Shown here: positions 37,179 to 46,281 of the stretch, in pieces
How the letters are laid out: each line of letters starts with the position of its first letter
How positions within the stretch are numbered: position 1 is the first letter of the stretch
Assembly (NCBI GenBank): GCA_017859335.1
Contig: JAFMNH010000002.1
Span: 1-58,903, forward strand
Source of the DNA: Rhodothermales bacterium
GTDB lineage: Bacteria > Bacteroidota > Rhodothermia > Rhodothermales > UBA10348
DNA length: 58,903 bases
Direction: 5' to 3'
The notes under the pieces: generated by a model
What the model was told of the DNA's origin: nothing
Seen by the model: only the letters and a program-made list of their open reading frames with translations
The model's database searches: none
Program-made: the position numbers and the translations under genes

Positions 37179-38297
37179 CTAGACATTCTGCATGCTGAAA
37201 AGGCGGACAAAGAAGGGCTGAGTCCTGGGGTTGAGAACCATATGGGCTATGAGGCGACGAAGAGGAAAGAGGGGGCCTGATCGTCCCAGGAGCATGTTGA
37301 GTTCAGCACGCCGCGCTGCTTTTCGAAAGGAGGATACCCGATCGGAACGGTATCGAGGTCGCTCCTGCATCGCCGCGCCTCGATCCAGCCAGGCAGCTAG
37401 CCAGTCGGCATCCATCCATCCCAGGTTCATGCCTTGACCACCGATGGGGCTGATGACGTGGGCCGCGTCGCCCGCGAGGGCGACGCGGCCCACAAAGAAT
37501 CGCTCCGCTTCATACCGCTCGGCGGTGAAGGAGGAATGCATGCTGCAGGCCTCCTGCGGCAAGGTGGTACCTGTGCGACGCATGACCTGATCGCACAGCG
37601 TCGATATCTCCTGAGCAGCCTGCGACAGGGGAGCATCCAGGCGAACCACCCATCTGCGGATGCCATTAGGCAGCGGAAAACATTCGACAACACCGCGTCT
37701 GTCCAGATAGATGGCAGCATGTCGCCCATGCACGGTCGTATCCGGGAAATCCCCCATGACGTAATGGTCCCGGTATGAGCCCCCCTTGAAGGTGACGCCC
37801 AGCATGCTGCGCACCGCGCTGTGTCGGCCATCGCAGGCAATCACCCAGTCAGCTTCCCACAGGTTCTGCCTCTCCAGGTGTCTGGTCGTTATTGCCACGG
37901 CCTCGTCCCTCTGCGTAATGCCACGTACGTCATGACCGCGTTGCACCGGAGGCCCCAGCGACTCGAAATGGTTCTCCAGAATGGCTTCTGTCTCACTTTG
38001 AGGCAGCGCAAGGATGAAATTGAAAGGCTGTGGCAAGCTCGAAAAGGAGAGGATACCCGCCTCGTGGTTGTCGATGTATCCGTAGCCCTGGCGTACCGGT
38101 ATCCCTTTGCGGACCAGACGTTCACCGAGTCCCAAATGCTCCATTTGTCGCAGCGCAGGGGGATGGATGCCGATGGATCGGGAATGTGTAGAACGGACGA
38201 GACGCCGCTCCAGGATGGTACAGGCAATGCCGCGGCGGCGCAGTAAACAGCCGAGGTAGAGGCCTACGGGTCCCGCTCCAACAATGACAACGTTCAT
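37179..38297 (-). CDS. FAD-dependent aromatic-ring monooxygenase (SrsC-like)
   Basis: 372 aa. Rossmann MNVVIVGAGPVGLYLGCLL..LERR, plus the DG motif (ACDGRHSAVR) and GD motif (LAGDAAHVISPIGGQGMNLG) of flavoprotein hydroxylases. Confidence 0.8.
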   Translation of the reverse strand: MNVVIVGAGPVGLYLGCLLRRRGIACTILERRLVRSTHSRSIGIHPPALRQMEHLGLGERLVRKGIPVRQGYGYIDNHEAGILSFSSLPQPFNFILALPQSETEAILENHFESLGPPVQRGHDVRGITQRDEAVAITTRHLERQNLWEADWVIACDGRHSAVRSMLGVTFKGGSYRDHYVMGDFPDTTVHGRHAAIYLDRRGVVECFPLPNGIRRWVVRLDAPLSQAAQEISTLCDQVMRRTGTTLPQEACSMHSSFTAERYEAERFFVGRVALAGDAAHVISPIGGQGMNLGWMDADWLAAWLDRGAAMQERPRYRSDRVSSFRKAARRAELNMLLGRSGPLFPLRRLIAHMVLNPRTQPFFVRLFSMQNV

Positions 38298-39001
38298 GTT
38301 GCGCCTCCCCGGTGAACCAGGAGTAACCGGAAAGGCCAGACCCGTTCAACCGACCACCCAGGAGACACCAGGGTGCGAAGCTCCATGGGGTGCCACGCCC
38401 GCCGAATGCTGCGCATGCCATCTGTCAGGATGAAGGAGTTGCGCCCAGGCCACCATGCAAGCGGTGCATAGCTTAACAGGGCCAGATCATCTCGGCAGAT
38501 ATCATTATGAAGAACGAGGCCGCGAGTCAGTGCTTCACAGTCAGCCATCAGGCTGCTGACTTCCTGCGCATTCAGATGATGTAAGACGTGGTTGGACAGG
38601 ATGATGTCGTAGGATGCTCCTTCTTCCACAAGGCAGCTGCTGTGTACGGGGCGATAGAGTACACCGGGCGCAGTATCCTGCGCCACCGCGTAGTCTATGG
38701 CCCGCTTATCCGGATCGATACCTGTCAGGGTGACTGGTCGACCTTCTTTGGCTGCCAGGTGCCCGATCAATCGTAGCACATCCCCACCACCACATCCCAC
38801 ATCCAATATGCGGGTGACTCCCTCGGGCTTCAGGGCGGGTCGGATGTGCGATCGATACAGGGCGTACCAGCGTGCCAGCCATGGATTGAGCCGTGCAAAC
38901 CAGTCGTATGTCCGTGCAAGTCGAACGGGATCGCATGCCGGGTCATCCATGAGCTCCGAGAGCTCTGTGTTGCGTTCGGACAGGATCCAGCGCGGCATCA
39001 A
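38294..39001 (-). CDS. class I SAM-dependent methyltransferase
   Basis: 235 aa. SAM motif I RILDVGCGGGDV. 4-nt overlaps with both neighbouring genes. Confidence 0.8.
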   Translation of the reverse strand: MMPRWILSERNTELSELMDDPACDPVRLARTYDWFARLNPWLARWYALYRSHIRPALKPEGVTRILDVGCGGGDVLRLIGHLAAKEGRPVTLTGIDPDKRAIDYAVAQDTAPGVLYRPVHSSCLVEEGASYDIILSNHVLHHLNAQEVSSLMADCEALTRGLVLHNDICRDDLALLSYAPLAWWPGRNSFILTDGMRSIRRAWHPMELRTLVSPGWSVERVWPFRLLLVHRGGAT

Positions 39002-40086
39002 ACGCGCTCCAGCAGTCCCGTTTCAACGGTAAGACCGGGGCCGAATGCCATCGCCATCACCCGTTCCCCCGGTTGGGAGGTACCGAGAAGACGATGGAGG
39101 ACAAACAGAATCGTGGCGCTGCTCATGTTGCCGTAGGTGCGGAGGATCTCCCTTGACGCGGTCAGGTGGGACTCATCAATATGCAGTCCATCGCGGACCT
39201 TATCCAGGATGGCGCGCCCTCCGGGGTGGACGGCCCAGTGGGTGATGTCCTTCCTGGTCAGCCCCGACTGGCCCAGCACGGGGTCGACCACATCAGCAAT
39301 ATTGGCTTCCAGGATTTTAGGTACGTACGTCGAGAGCACCATCTTGAAACCCCGGTCGCCGATGGTCCAGGCCATGTCTTCCTCACTGTCGGGCGCAATG
39401 GTCGAGTCCATGGATAGGAATTGCAGCGCATCGGCATGGGCGGGTTTGCGGTTGGAAACCAACGCGGCAGCCGCGCCGTCTGCAAAGACCGAGAACGCGA
39501 GGATGTCGTCCACCTCATCGGATGGCTCAAGGTGCAACGAGCACAATTCCAGGCACACGACAAGCACGACGGCATCTGGATCCTGCGCGCAGAATGCGCG
39601 GGCCATGGTCAAGGCAGGAAACGCGGCGTAGCATCCCATGAAGCCAACATGCACGCGCCGGACGTCAGGCGAAAGACCCAGGTCCCGGACCAGGTGGAAG
39701 TCAGGCCCCGGAGCGTAGAAGCCCGTGCAGGAGGCCGTAACGACATGGGTGATGTCTGCTGCATCGAACGCTGGTGCTGCATTCAGTGTCTTGCGGGCGG
39801 CTTCTTCAAACAGGGGACGGGCATGGCGCATGTAGTGCTCGTTCCGGACGCCCGTCGAGGGCGAGCGGAAGTGGCCATTTTTATCGATGAAGTCCCCGCC
39901 GCCATTTCGCAGGTCGGCAATGACGCTGTGACGCTTGTCGATCCCTGAATGTGCGTAGATCCGGTGGGTCAGCTTGGAAGCCCGGCTGCCCGGCTCCAGT
40001 GCATTCAGCATGACCCGGGATGCTTCTTCCTGGGTGTAGGAGTGCTCGGGAACGGCGGTCTGGATGGCGTGGAGGAACGTAGACAC
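38998..40086 (-). CDS. type III polyketide synthase (chalcone synthase-like)
   Basis: Track ORF runs to 40386 but overlaps the upstream gene. GTG 40086 (VSTFLHAIQTAVPEHSY) gives a typical 362-aa enzyme, though the start is uncertain. The Cys-His-Asn triad contexts are all present: TASCTGFYAPG, WAVHPGGRAILD, YGNMSSATILF. Confidence 0.85.
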   Translation of the reverse strand: MSTFLHAIQTAVPEHSYTQEEASRVMLNALEPGSRASKLTHRIYAHSGIDKRHSVIADLRNGGGDFIDKNGHFRSPSTGVRNEHYMRHARPLFEEAARKTLNAAPAFDAADITHVVTASCTGFYAPGPDFHLVRDLGLSPDVRRVHVGFMGCYAAFPALTMARAFCAQDPDAVVLVVCLELCSLHLEPSDEVDDILAFSVFADGAAAALVSNRKPAHADALQFLSMDSTIAPDSEEDMAWTIGDRGFKMVLSTYVPKILEANIADVVDPVLGQSGLTRKDITHWAVHPGGRAILDKVRDGLHIDESHLTASREILRTYGNMSSATILFVLHRLLGTSQPGERVMAMAFGPGLTVETGLLERV

Positions 40087-40153
40087 AGCAGCTGATTTGT
40101 CCAAAGGAATGCCTCTTTGTGAGACTTGCTTGCGTCGAGTTACCGCTTTTGGG

Positions 40154-40714
40154 CTATTCTTGCCTGAAGTCAATCTGGTATGCCCAAGCATCCTCGACGC
40201 AGTAGAGCGAGTAGACTTTCTCACTGGGGAAGTGCTGGACCTGAACAATGTTCTTCTGGTCCTCGAATTCATCGGACAGGATGCGCTGGGAAACGTGAAG
40301 TGCCTCGATGTTCGACGAGGTACCGAATTCCAGCAGGTACCACCACATGGGTTCGTTGCCCACCACCTCTTCGCCGCTGCCGACAATACGCCCTTTCAGG
40401 ACCTCTTCGCCGGCCTGCATGACGAACATTTCGTTGAAGTAGGCCTGAAACAGCGAGTCTGAGGACAGCGAGGTATCCACAACCACAGTTCGTTGCTCCC
40501 GCCGGCTGAGCGCCTGGTCCAGATCGTCCTTGAACAGGCGAATTCGGACGACAGCCATACTACCTTCGACCGCCAATCGGCTGTAGGAGACATGGAAGTC
40601 ATGCAGCTCCGTATACGGCGCCGGGGCGACGCCGTACGTCAGGACCAACAAGAGTGGAGCGAACCAGGAAAGCATCTGCAATAAGGCGGGCGCGCACCCC
40701 CGCATGATCATCAA
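40154..40714 (-). CDS. DUF6702-like protein (HupE-associated)
   Basis: 186 aa (TTG 40714 or ATG 40711). N-terminal hydrophobic segment, then HDFHVSYSRLAVEGSMAVVRIRLFKDDL. Family call is from memory of proteins found beside HupE/UreJ genes in Bacteroidota. Confidence 0.5.
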   Translation of the reverse strand: MMIMRGCAPALLQMLSWFAPLLLVLTYGVAPAPYTELHDFHVSYSRLAVEGSMAVVRIRLFKDDLDQALSRREQRTVVVDTSLSSDSLFQAYFNEMFVMQAGEEVLKGRIVGSGEEVVGNEPMWWYLLEFGTSSNIEALHVSQRILSDEFEDQKNIVQVQHFPSEKVYSLYCVEDAWAYQIDFRQE

Positions 40715-40912
40715 TCGTGTTTATCGCGAACCGCCGCTGGATTCGTCCTGTTCCTGCTCGACCTCCGGAGCAATCCACTCGTTGTCCGACGGATCGATGT
40801 CGGCAAAGGCTTCCAGTGGATCGAGCTCGACTTTCAGGACCTTCTGGTCGGAGAAGAATCCTCTCGTGAACGTGAGCTCGCTCGCCCGCCAGACATCGGC
40901 CGGCGTGCCGGA

Positions 40913-41530
40913 TCATCCCCAGATCATGGTCAGGGACAGGATGGCAATTCCTACGGAAAGCATCGCAGCCCAGTTGCGCTGGGTATTCGCCGTCGAGCGT
41001 TCTCTTCGTTCCAGCCACCGGTTGGATAGCCCGATTACGATACCCGACAGCGCAAATGTAATAACAAGTATGACAAGTTGGCCCAATTCCAGACCAACAT
41101 TGAATGAAAACAGGGGTGCGACCAGACTTTGTTCGCCGCCCAGGATGGCACGGAGATAATTGGAGAAACCCAGGCCATGGATCAGGCCAAATCCGATGGA
41201 CAGGCCGTACTTGAATCGCCAGTCCCTTTTCAACACTGTTTCCGGGTCCTTCGCAAATCGCTCTGCAATATTGATGGCCGCCGTAATGAAGATGGTGATC
41301 GGAATGAGCGTCTCGATCAGGTCCGCATCCACATTGACCCATCCAAGGGTGGACAGTGCCAGCGTCACCGAGTGCCCGATGGTGAACGCAGTGACCAGCA
41401 CCAGGAGATGTTTCCACTCCCGAAGTGGATAGACAGCAGCCAGTGCAATCACGAACAGGATGTGATCGTATCCCTTCAGGTCCGAGATGTGCTCGAAACC
41501 AAGACGCAGGTAAAGTTCGAATTCAGTCAT
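40913..41530 (-). CDS. HupE/UreJ family metal (Ni/Co) transporter-like membrane protein
   Basis: 205 aa. MTEFELYLRLGFEHISDLKGYDHILFVIALAAVY is the family N-terminus. Six hydrophobic segments. TGA stop at 40913-40915. Confidence 0.75.
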   Translation of the reverse strand: MTEFELYLRLGFEHISDLKGYDHILFVIALAAVYPLREWKHLLVLVTAFTIGHSVTLALSTLGWVNVDADLIETLIPITIFITAAINIAERFAKDPETVLKRDWRFKYGLSIGFGLIHGLGFSNYLRAILGGEQSLVAPLFSFNVGLELGQLVILVITFALSGIVIGLSNRWLERRERSTANTQRNWAAMLSVGIAILSLTMIWG

Positions 41531-41624
41531 GGCCAGCCCGGACGATTTGTAGGGCGAACTTGATGTCGGTGCAACCTAAGTTAGGACGATAGCCAAATGA
41601 TGACCACTCCCGACACGATGCCAG

Positions 41625-42593
41625 ATGGCCAACGAACACTTCTACCCTCCCATTGAACCCAACAAAACCGGCATGCTGCCGGTCGATGACATGCACACGC
41701 TGTACTGGGAGGAGTGCGGCAATCCGGACGGCGAACCCATCGTGTTCATTCACGGGGGACCTGGCGCCGGTGCAACAGAAACGGACCGTCGCTTCTTCGA
41801 CCCGGAGTTCTTCCGCATCATCCTGTTCGATCAGCGGGGTGGGCCGCGATCGACTCCTCAGGGCGAAACCCGTAACAATACGATCCAATTGTTAGCCGAG
41901 GACATCGAGCGACTGCGTGAGCATGTCGGGGTGGATACCTGGCATGTGTTCGGCGGCAGTTGGGGAAGTACCCTGTCCTTATACTATTCCCAGACCTATC
42001 CGGCATCGTGCCGCACGCTGACCATCCGGGGTATCTGGCTCATGCGCGATGAGGAGATAGACTGGTGGCTCTACGGGATGCGCTTGGTGCAGCCAGAACG
42101 CTGGCGCGTGTTCAATGAACACGTGGCCGAATCAGAACGCGGAGACCTGCTGGAAGCCTATTGGAAGCTGTTCCACGATGAGGACAGGGACGTGGCCCGG
42201 GAAGCGGCTCGGGTTTGGGCTGTGTATGAAGGCGCTTCCTGCACACTGCTGCCTAATCCTGAGTTCGAAGCCCACTTCCATGATCTGGACAAAGCTTTTT
42301 GTACGGCACGCCTCGAAGCGCATTATTTCCGGAATCAGCGCTTCGAACCCCGCGATCTCCTGCTCAATGGTGTGCAGAAAATCCGGGAGATTCCGGGTTT
42401 CATTGTGCATGGGCGTTACGACATTGTCTGCCCCGTAAAGAGTGCCCTTGACCTGCATGAGCGGTGGCCCGAGGCCTCCCTGGTCATCGTGCCTGATGCA
42501 GGACATTCGTCCCATGAACCGGGCATTACGAAAGAGCTGGTGGCCGCCACGGACAGAATCCGGGACACGGGTTCGCCGATGCTTCCGGGTTGA
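41625..42593 (+). CDS. pip: prolyl aminopeptidase (proline iminopeptidase)
   Basis: 322 aa. HGGPGAG, nucleophile GGSWGSTL and C-terminal DAGHS. Confidence 0.9.
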   Translation: MANEHFYPPIEPNKTGMLPVDDMHTLYWEECGNPDGEPIVFIHGGPGAGATETDRRFFDPEFFRIILFDQRGGPRSTPQGETRNNTIQLLAEDIERLREHVGVDTWHVFGGSWGSTLSLYYSQTYPASCRTLTIRGIWLMRDEEIDWWLYGMRLVQPERWRVFNEHVAESERGDLLEAYWKLFHDEDRDVAREAARVWAVYEGASCTLLPNPEFEAHFHDLDKAFCTARLEAHYFRNQRFEPRDLLLNGVQKIREIPGFIVHGRYDIVCPVKSALDLHERWPEASLVIVPDAGHSSHEPGITKELVAATDRIRDTGSPMLPG

Positions 42594-42637
42594 AGCGGGT
42601 CATCGGTCGGTCCTGCGGAGCTGGACCAGCAACCGGG

Positions 42638-43384
42638 TCATCGGGGTCGTATGGTGCCCAGACCGCCGTCAACGCCGATGACCTGACCGGTCACCCAGCT
42701 ACTGCGGGAGGGATCCAACAGCCAGTCGATGGCCTCCGCCACGTCTTCGGGCTTTCCGATCCGGCCGAGCGCATGCATGCTTTCTGAGGCCTTGCGTGCC
42801 GCTTCGTTGGCTGTCAGGCGCTCGCTCATGGGCGTTTCGACGAGGCCGGGTGCCACGCAGTTCACCCGTACGCTGCGCTGTGCGTAGGTTGCGGCCGCGG
42901 ACTGCATGAGGCCCACAATGCCGGCCTTTGCGGCGGCAATGGCCTCGTGATTGAACAGGCCGGTACGGGCCACCGCCGACGTGCTCAAAACGATGGAGCC
43001 GCCGGATTTCATCATGGCCCGGGCTGCGCTCTTGACCAGAAAAAAGGAAGAGTCCAGGTTCAGCGCCAGCGTCTGACGGTATTCTTCCTCGCTGGTCAGA
43101 TGAGCCGGTTTGAGCAGGATGGACCCAACGCAATTCACGACGCCGGTCAGGCTTCCATTCTGGTCGACTGCATGCTGTACGGCGGCGTGTACCTCGTCGG
43201 CTCGGGTGGCGTCAAGGGAGATGGTCGCTCCGCCGATCTCGGATGCCAGCGCATCGAGGCGGCTTTGGTCCCGGGCAGCCAGCACCAGAAGGGCTCCGCG
43301 AGCAGCGGCTTTACGGGCCACGGCGGACCCGATGCCGCCCGTGGCGCCGAGAACGAGGATGGTTTCTGCGGAAGTGGATGTCAT
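42638..43384 (-). CDS. SDR family oxidoreductase
   Basis: 248 aa. LVLGATGGIGSAVA (TGxxxGxG), NCVG and Y/K block AIAAAKAGIVGL. Confidence 0.85.
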   Translation of the reverse strand: MTSTSAETILVLGATGGIGSAVARKAAARGALLVLAARDQSRLDALASEIGGATISLDATRADEVHAAVQHAVDQNGSLTGVVNCVGSILLKPAHLTSEEEYRQTLALNLDSSFFLVKSAARAMMKSGGSIVLSTSAVARTGLFNHEAIAAAKAGIVGLMQSAAATYAQRSVRVNCVAPGLVETPMSERLTANEAARKASESMHALGRIGKPEDVAEAIDWLLDPSRSSWVTGQVIGVDGGLGTIRPR

Positions 43385-43415
43385 GAGATAATGGGGTCTT
43401 TGGTTCGGGCGGGAT

Positions 43416-44714
43416 TCAGGAAAGAGAGGGGGAGGTCGTCACGAATTCAGCAGCCTGTCGACCGGAAGCCATGGCTCCGTTGATGGACGATGTGGTCAAG
43501 TGGTCGCCACAAACAACAACCCCTTGCCCCGTCACCCATACAGCTGAGGCGCCCAGCGTCCGTTCTCCGACCGCTTGCGACGGCAGGGAATGGGGAATGT
43601 GGTAGGTGCGCAGGTGACGCCATGCATCCACCTGATCTCCAAACCATGCGGTCAATTCAGACGTGATGCGGGGCAGCAGCGTGTCTGCATCCCCCGTGGT
43701 GTCGGGGAAGATGCTGACCACAACGAGATGGCGGCCATCAGGAGCATAGCCTGGAGCGACCACCGAGGGAACCACGACGTTATTGATCAGGCCACGTCCC
43801 TCTCCATTCAGCATGAGTAAAGGCTTGCTTATGGGTGCGGCAGGCGCATCAAAGTACAGGCATACGGTCCCGTTCCAGGCCCGATCGTTTGCGGAGGCAG
43901 TATCGCCAGTCAGCATACGGGCCGTGCTCATGTCCGTTGCCAGGACAATTTTTTGGCCATCGATGCGGGTGCCGTCAGACGTGATCAGCGCCTTTCCATC
44001 CTGAAGTGCTTCGACCGACGTGTCCAGGTGAATCCAGTCGGCGTTCAACTGCGCCGCCAACTGCTCGGGGATGGCCTGCATCCCGCCGGCTGGGAATGCG
44101 GCGTGGCCCTGCGAGAACATGTGCATCACGAATTCGAAGAAGGCGCGATCTGTCTGCAACGATGGATCGAGGGTAATCCCACCGATGAAGGGACGAAAAA
44201 ATGAAGCGATCATCTTGTCACTGAAACCGAAGGTGTCCTTCAGGGCATCGATGGTTGATTCGCCCGTTGTCCGATGGCTGCCGTGGGTGCGGAAAGAACG
44301 TTCTGCGGCGCGCCGAAGACCAAGAATGCGCCACTTGTCGATAAGCGAGCCCACGTCGGCTTGCAGCGTGGCCAGGCTTCGCCCAGGATGCCGAAAGGGA
44401 TCGGACACATGCTGGAATCGGCCGTTTTTCCACACGAGGGCTCCCGCATCGAACGCATGCAGACCGAGGGCTTCGTAGTCCAGGAGGGCCTTGGCTTCGG
44501 GGTAGGCGGTCAGCAGTACCTGGAAGCCACGGTCCAGGCGGAAGCCTTCCACATCATCCGTTCGGATGCGACCGCCGACCGCGTCGTTTTTATCGAAGAG
44601 GCGGTACGGGATGCCTGCCCTGTGCAGATGCGTCGCGCAGGTCAGGCCGGCCATGCCCGCACCTACGATCAGGACGGGTTTGTCGGTGGATTGTGTGTTG
44701 GACGTTGATTCCAA
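43416..44714 (-). CDS. NAD(P)/FAD-dependent oxidoreductase (amine oxidase/desaturase-like)
   Basis: 432 aa. VLIVGAGMAGLTCA..LFDKNDAVGGRIRTD dinucleotide-binding motif and C-terminal GDH...SINGAMASG flavin block. Confidence 0.8.
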   Translation of the reverse strand: MESTSNTQSTDKPVLIVGAGMAGLTCATHLHRAGIPYRLFDKNDAVGGRIRTDDVEGFRLDRGFQVLLTAYPEAKALLDYEALGLHAFDAGALVWKNGRFQHVSDPFRHPGRSLATLQADVGSLIDKWRILGLRRAAERSFRTHGSHRTTGESTIDALKDTFGFSDKMIASFFRPFIGGITLDPSLQTDRAFFEFVMHMFSQGHAAFPAGGMQAIPEQLAAQLNADWIHLDTSVEALQDGKALITSDGTRIDGQKIVLATDMSTARMLTGDTASANDRAWNGTVCLYFDAPAAPISKPLLMLNGEGRGLINNVVVPSVVAPGYAPDGRHLVVVSIFPDTTGDADTLLPRITSELTAWFGDQVDAWRHLRTYHIPHSLPSQAVGERTLGASAVWVTGQGVVVCGDHLTTSSINGAMASGRQAAEFVTTSPSLS

Positions 44715-44728
44715 GTTGGTATTCAGGA

Positions 44729-46279
44729 TCAGGTGGTGAGACTGTCAAACCACGCGTCGCGACGATGAAGTATGGCTTGGCGCTCCTCGGAGCTTTTCCT
44801 GCGCAGATTCGCCACCTGGAACTGCATGCGCCGGTTGGCAGCAAGCCGATCCTCGTGCTCCATGAGGAATGACCAGTAGAGCGTGGTCATCGGGCAGGCG
44901 TCATCTTCGGAGGCGTGTTTAGGATTGAACCGGCAGGACGCACAATAATTACTCATGCGGTTTACATACTGGCCGGAGGCGATGTAGGGTTTGGTGGCAA
45001 CGACGCCCCCATCGGCAAATTGGCTCATACCCACCGTGTTGGGAAGCGTCACCCAGTCGTAGGCATCCACGAAGAGGCCCATATACCAGCTGTGGATGGC
45101 CCACGGGTCAGTACCTGAAACCAAAGCGTACAGACCGGTCACCATCAGGCGCTGGATATGATGGGCATAGCCGTGCTTGAGGACCTGGCCTACAACCTGT
45201 CTCACACAGACCATATCCGTCTCATCGCCCCAGAAGAATCCGGGAAGGTCCCGCGTGGCCCCTAGGGCGTTGCGGCTTCCGTAGGCAGGCCCCTCCAGCC
45301 AATACACACCCCGTATGAACTCGCGCCATCCGAGCACCTGACGGATGAAACCCTCTACGGCGTTGATGGGAGCCTTGCCATCACGCCAAGCACGCTCGGC
45401 GGCTTCGATGGCCTCTCGGGGGTCCAGCAGCTGCAGGTTGATGGCAGGCGAAATGAGCGAATGAAAGAGCCAGGGCTCGTCGGTCCACATGGCATCCTGA
45501 AATCGCCCAAAATCAGGCAGGCGATGCGCAATGAAGTGAGCCAGCGCCTCGCGGGCCTGTTCGGGCGTAACGGGCCAGCCGAACGAGTCGGCTGAGCCTG
45601 GCAGCTCAGGAAGTGCGGTCTGAAGATCCAGGATGGTCTTTCGTGTGATCGTGTCGGGCTCGAAGCGCAGTGGTTCGGCCTTGAGCCCCGGACCGTTTTT
45701 GCTGAAGGACTGCCGGTTGTCAGCATCAAAATTCCATTCGCCACCGGCTGGATCCCCACCTTCCATCAGGTAGCCGGTTTCCTTGCGCTTGGCTCTGTAG
45801 AAATGCTCCATCACCAGCGATTTACGCCCACTGGCCCACGCCTTGAACGCATCAGGAGTCGTCAGGAAGTGGGTGTCCTCCGTGTATTCCAGGGGGATTC
45901 CAGCTTCGTTTGCGACCTGCTCGAACGCCTCGATCAGGTCAAATCGGTTCGGCCGGATCATCCGGATTCGATCCGGGGCGTGGCGCTCAATGGCCCGCCT
46001 CAAGATGTCATCCAGGGATGCTGGATCGTCATCACGAATATGATGATAATCGACGCGGAAACCTGCTGTTCGCATGGTTTCTGCCCGGTGGCGCATGGCC
46101 GAAAAAATGAGTGCCATGCGCTGGATATGGAACGGGAAACGCGTCGCCTCGGCGCGGCTTTCGCCCAGTACAACAATATCCTGCCCCGGATCAGCCTCAC
46201 GCAGCACGATGCTGTCCGGATTCAATTGATCCGGGCAGATGAAAAGCAGGGTGCGAACGGCGCCGTTGGTGTTGCTCAT
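44729..46279 (-). CDS. Fe-S cluster cryptochrome/photolyase family protein (FeS-BCP, PhrB/CryB-like (6-4) photolyase)
   Basis: Trimmed to ATG 46279 (MSNTNGAVRTLLFI). Four-Cys pattern C...CxxC-x12-C (MVCVRQ, YCASCRFNPKHASEDDACPM) as in FeS-BCPs. HHIQRLM block also present. Confidence 0.8.
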   Translation of the reverse strand: MSNTNGAVRTLLFICPDQLNPDSIVLREADPGQDIVVLGESRAEATRFPFHIQRMALIFSAMRHRAETMRTAGFRVDYHHIRDDDPASLDDILRRAIERHAPDRIRMIRPNRFDLIEAFEQVANEAGIPLEYTEDTHFLTTPDAFKAWASGRKSLVMEHFYRAKRKETGYLMEGGDPAGGEWNFDADNRQSFSKNGPGLKAEPLRFEPDTITRKTILDLQTALPELPGSADSFGWPVTPEQAREALAHFIAHRLPDFGRFQDAMWTDEPWLFHSLISPAINLQLLDPREAIEAAERAWRDGKAPINAVEGFIRQVLGWREFIRGVYWLEGPAYGSRNALGATRDLPGFFWGDETDMVCVRQVVGQVLKHGYAHHIQRLMVTGLYALVSGTDPWAIHSWYMGLFVDAYDWVTLPNTVGMSQFADGGVVATKPYIASGQYVNRMSNYCASCRFNPKHASEDDACPMTTLYWSFLMEHEDRLAANRRMQFQVANLRRKSSEERQAILHRRDAWFDSLTT

Positions 46280-46281
46280 GA

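Noticed and set aside
40880-40915. Selenocysteine recoding of the hupE TGA
   Set aside because: There is no convincing SECIS-like stem-loop in the ~40 nt downstream of the TGA (only a 5-bp CCGGC..GCCGG stem with a 2-nt loop). There is also no selenoprotein context. The observation is kept only as generic readthrough, sequencing error or a small ORF.
40599-41417. 272-aa minus-strand ORF spanning hupE and the downstream gap
   Set aside because: It is out of frame with the clearly recognisable HupE/UreJ sequence, has a Gly/Arg/His-rich junk-like composition, and overlaps two better-supported genes.
41531-41624. Possible riboswitch (B12/NiCo) upstream of hupE
   Set aside because: The spacer is only 94 nt and is shared with the divergent pip promoter, and I could see no conserved riboswitch core.
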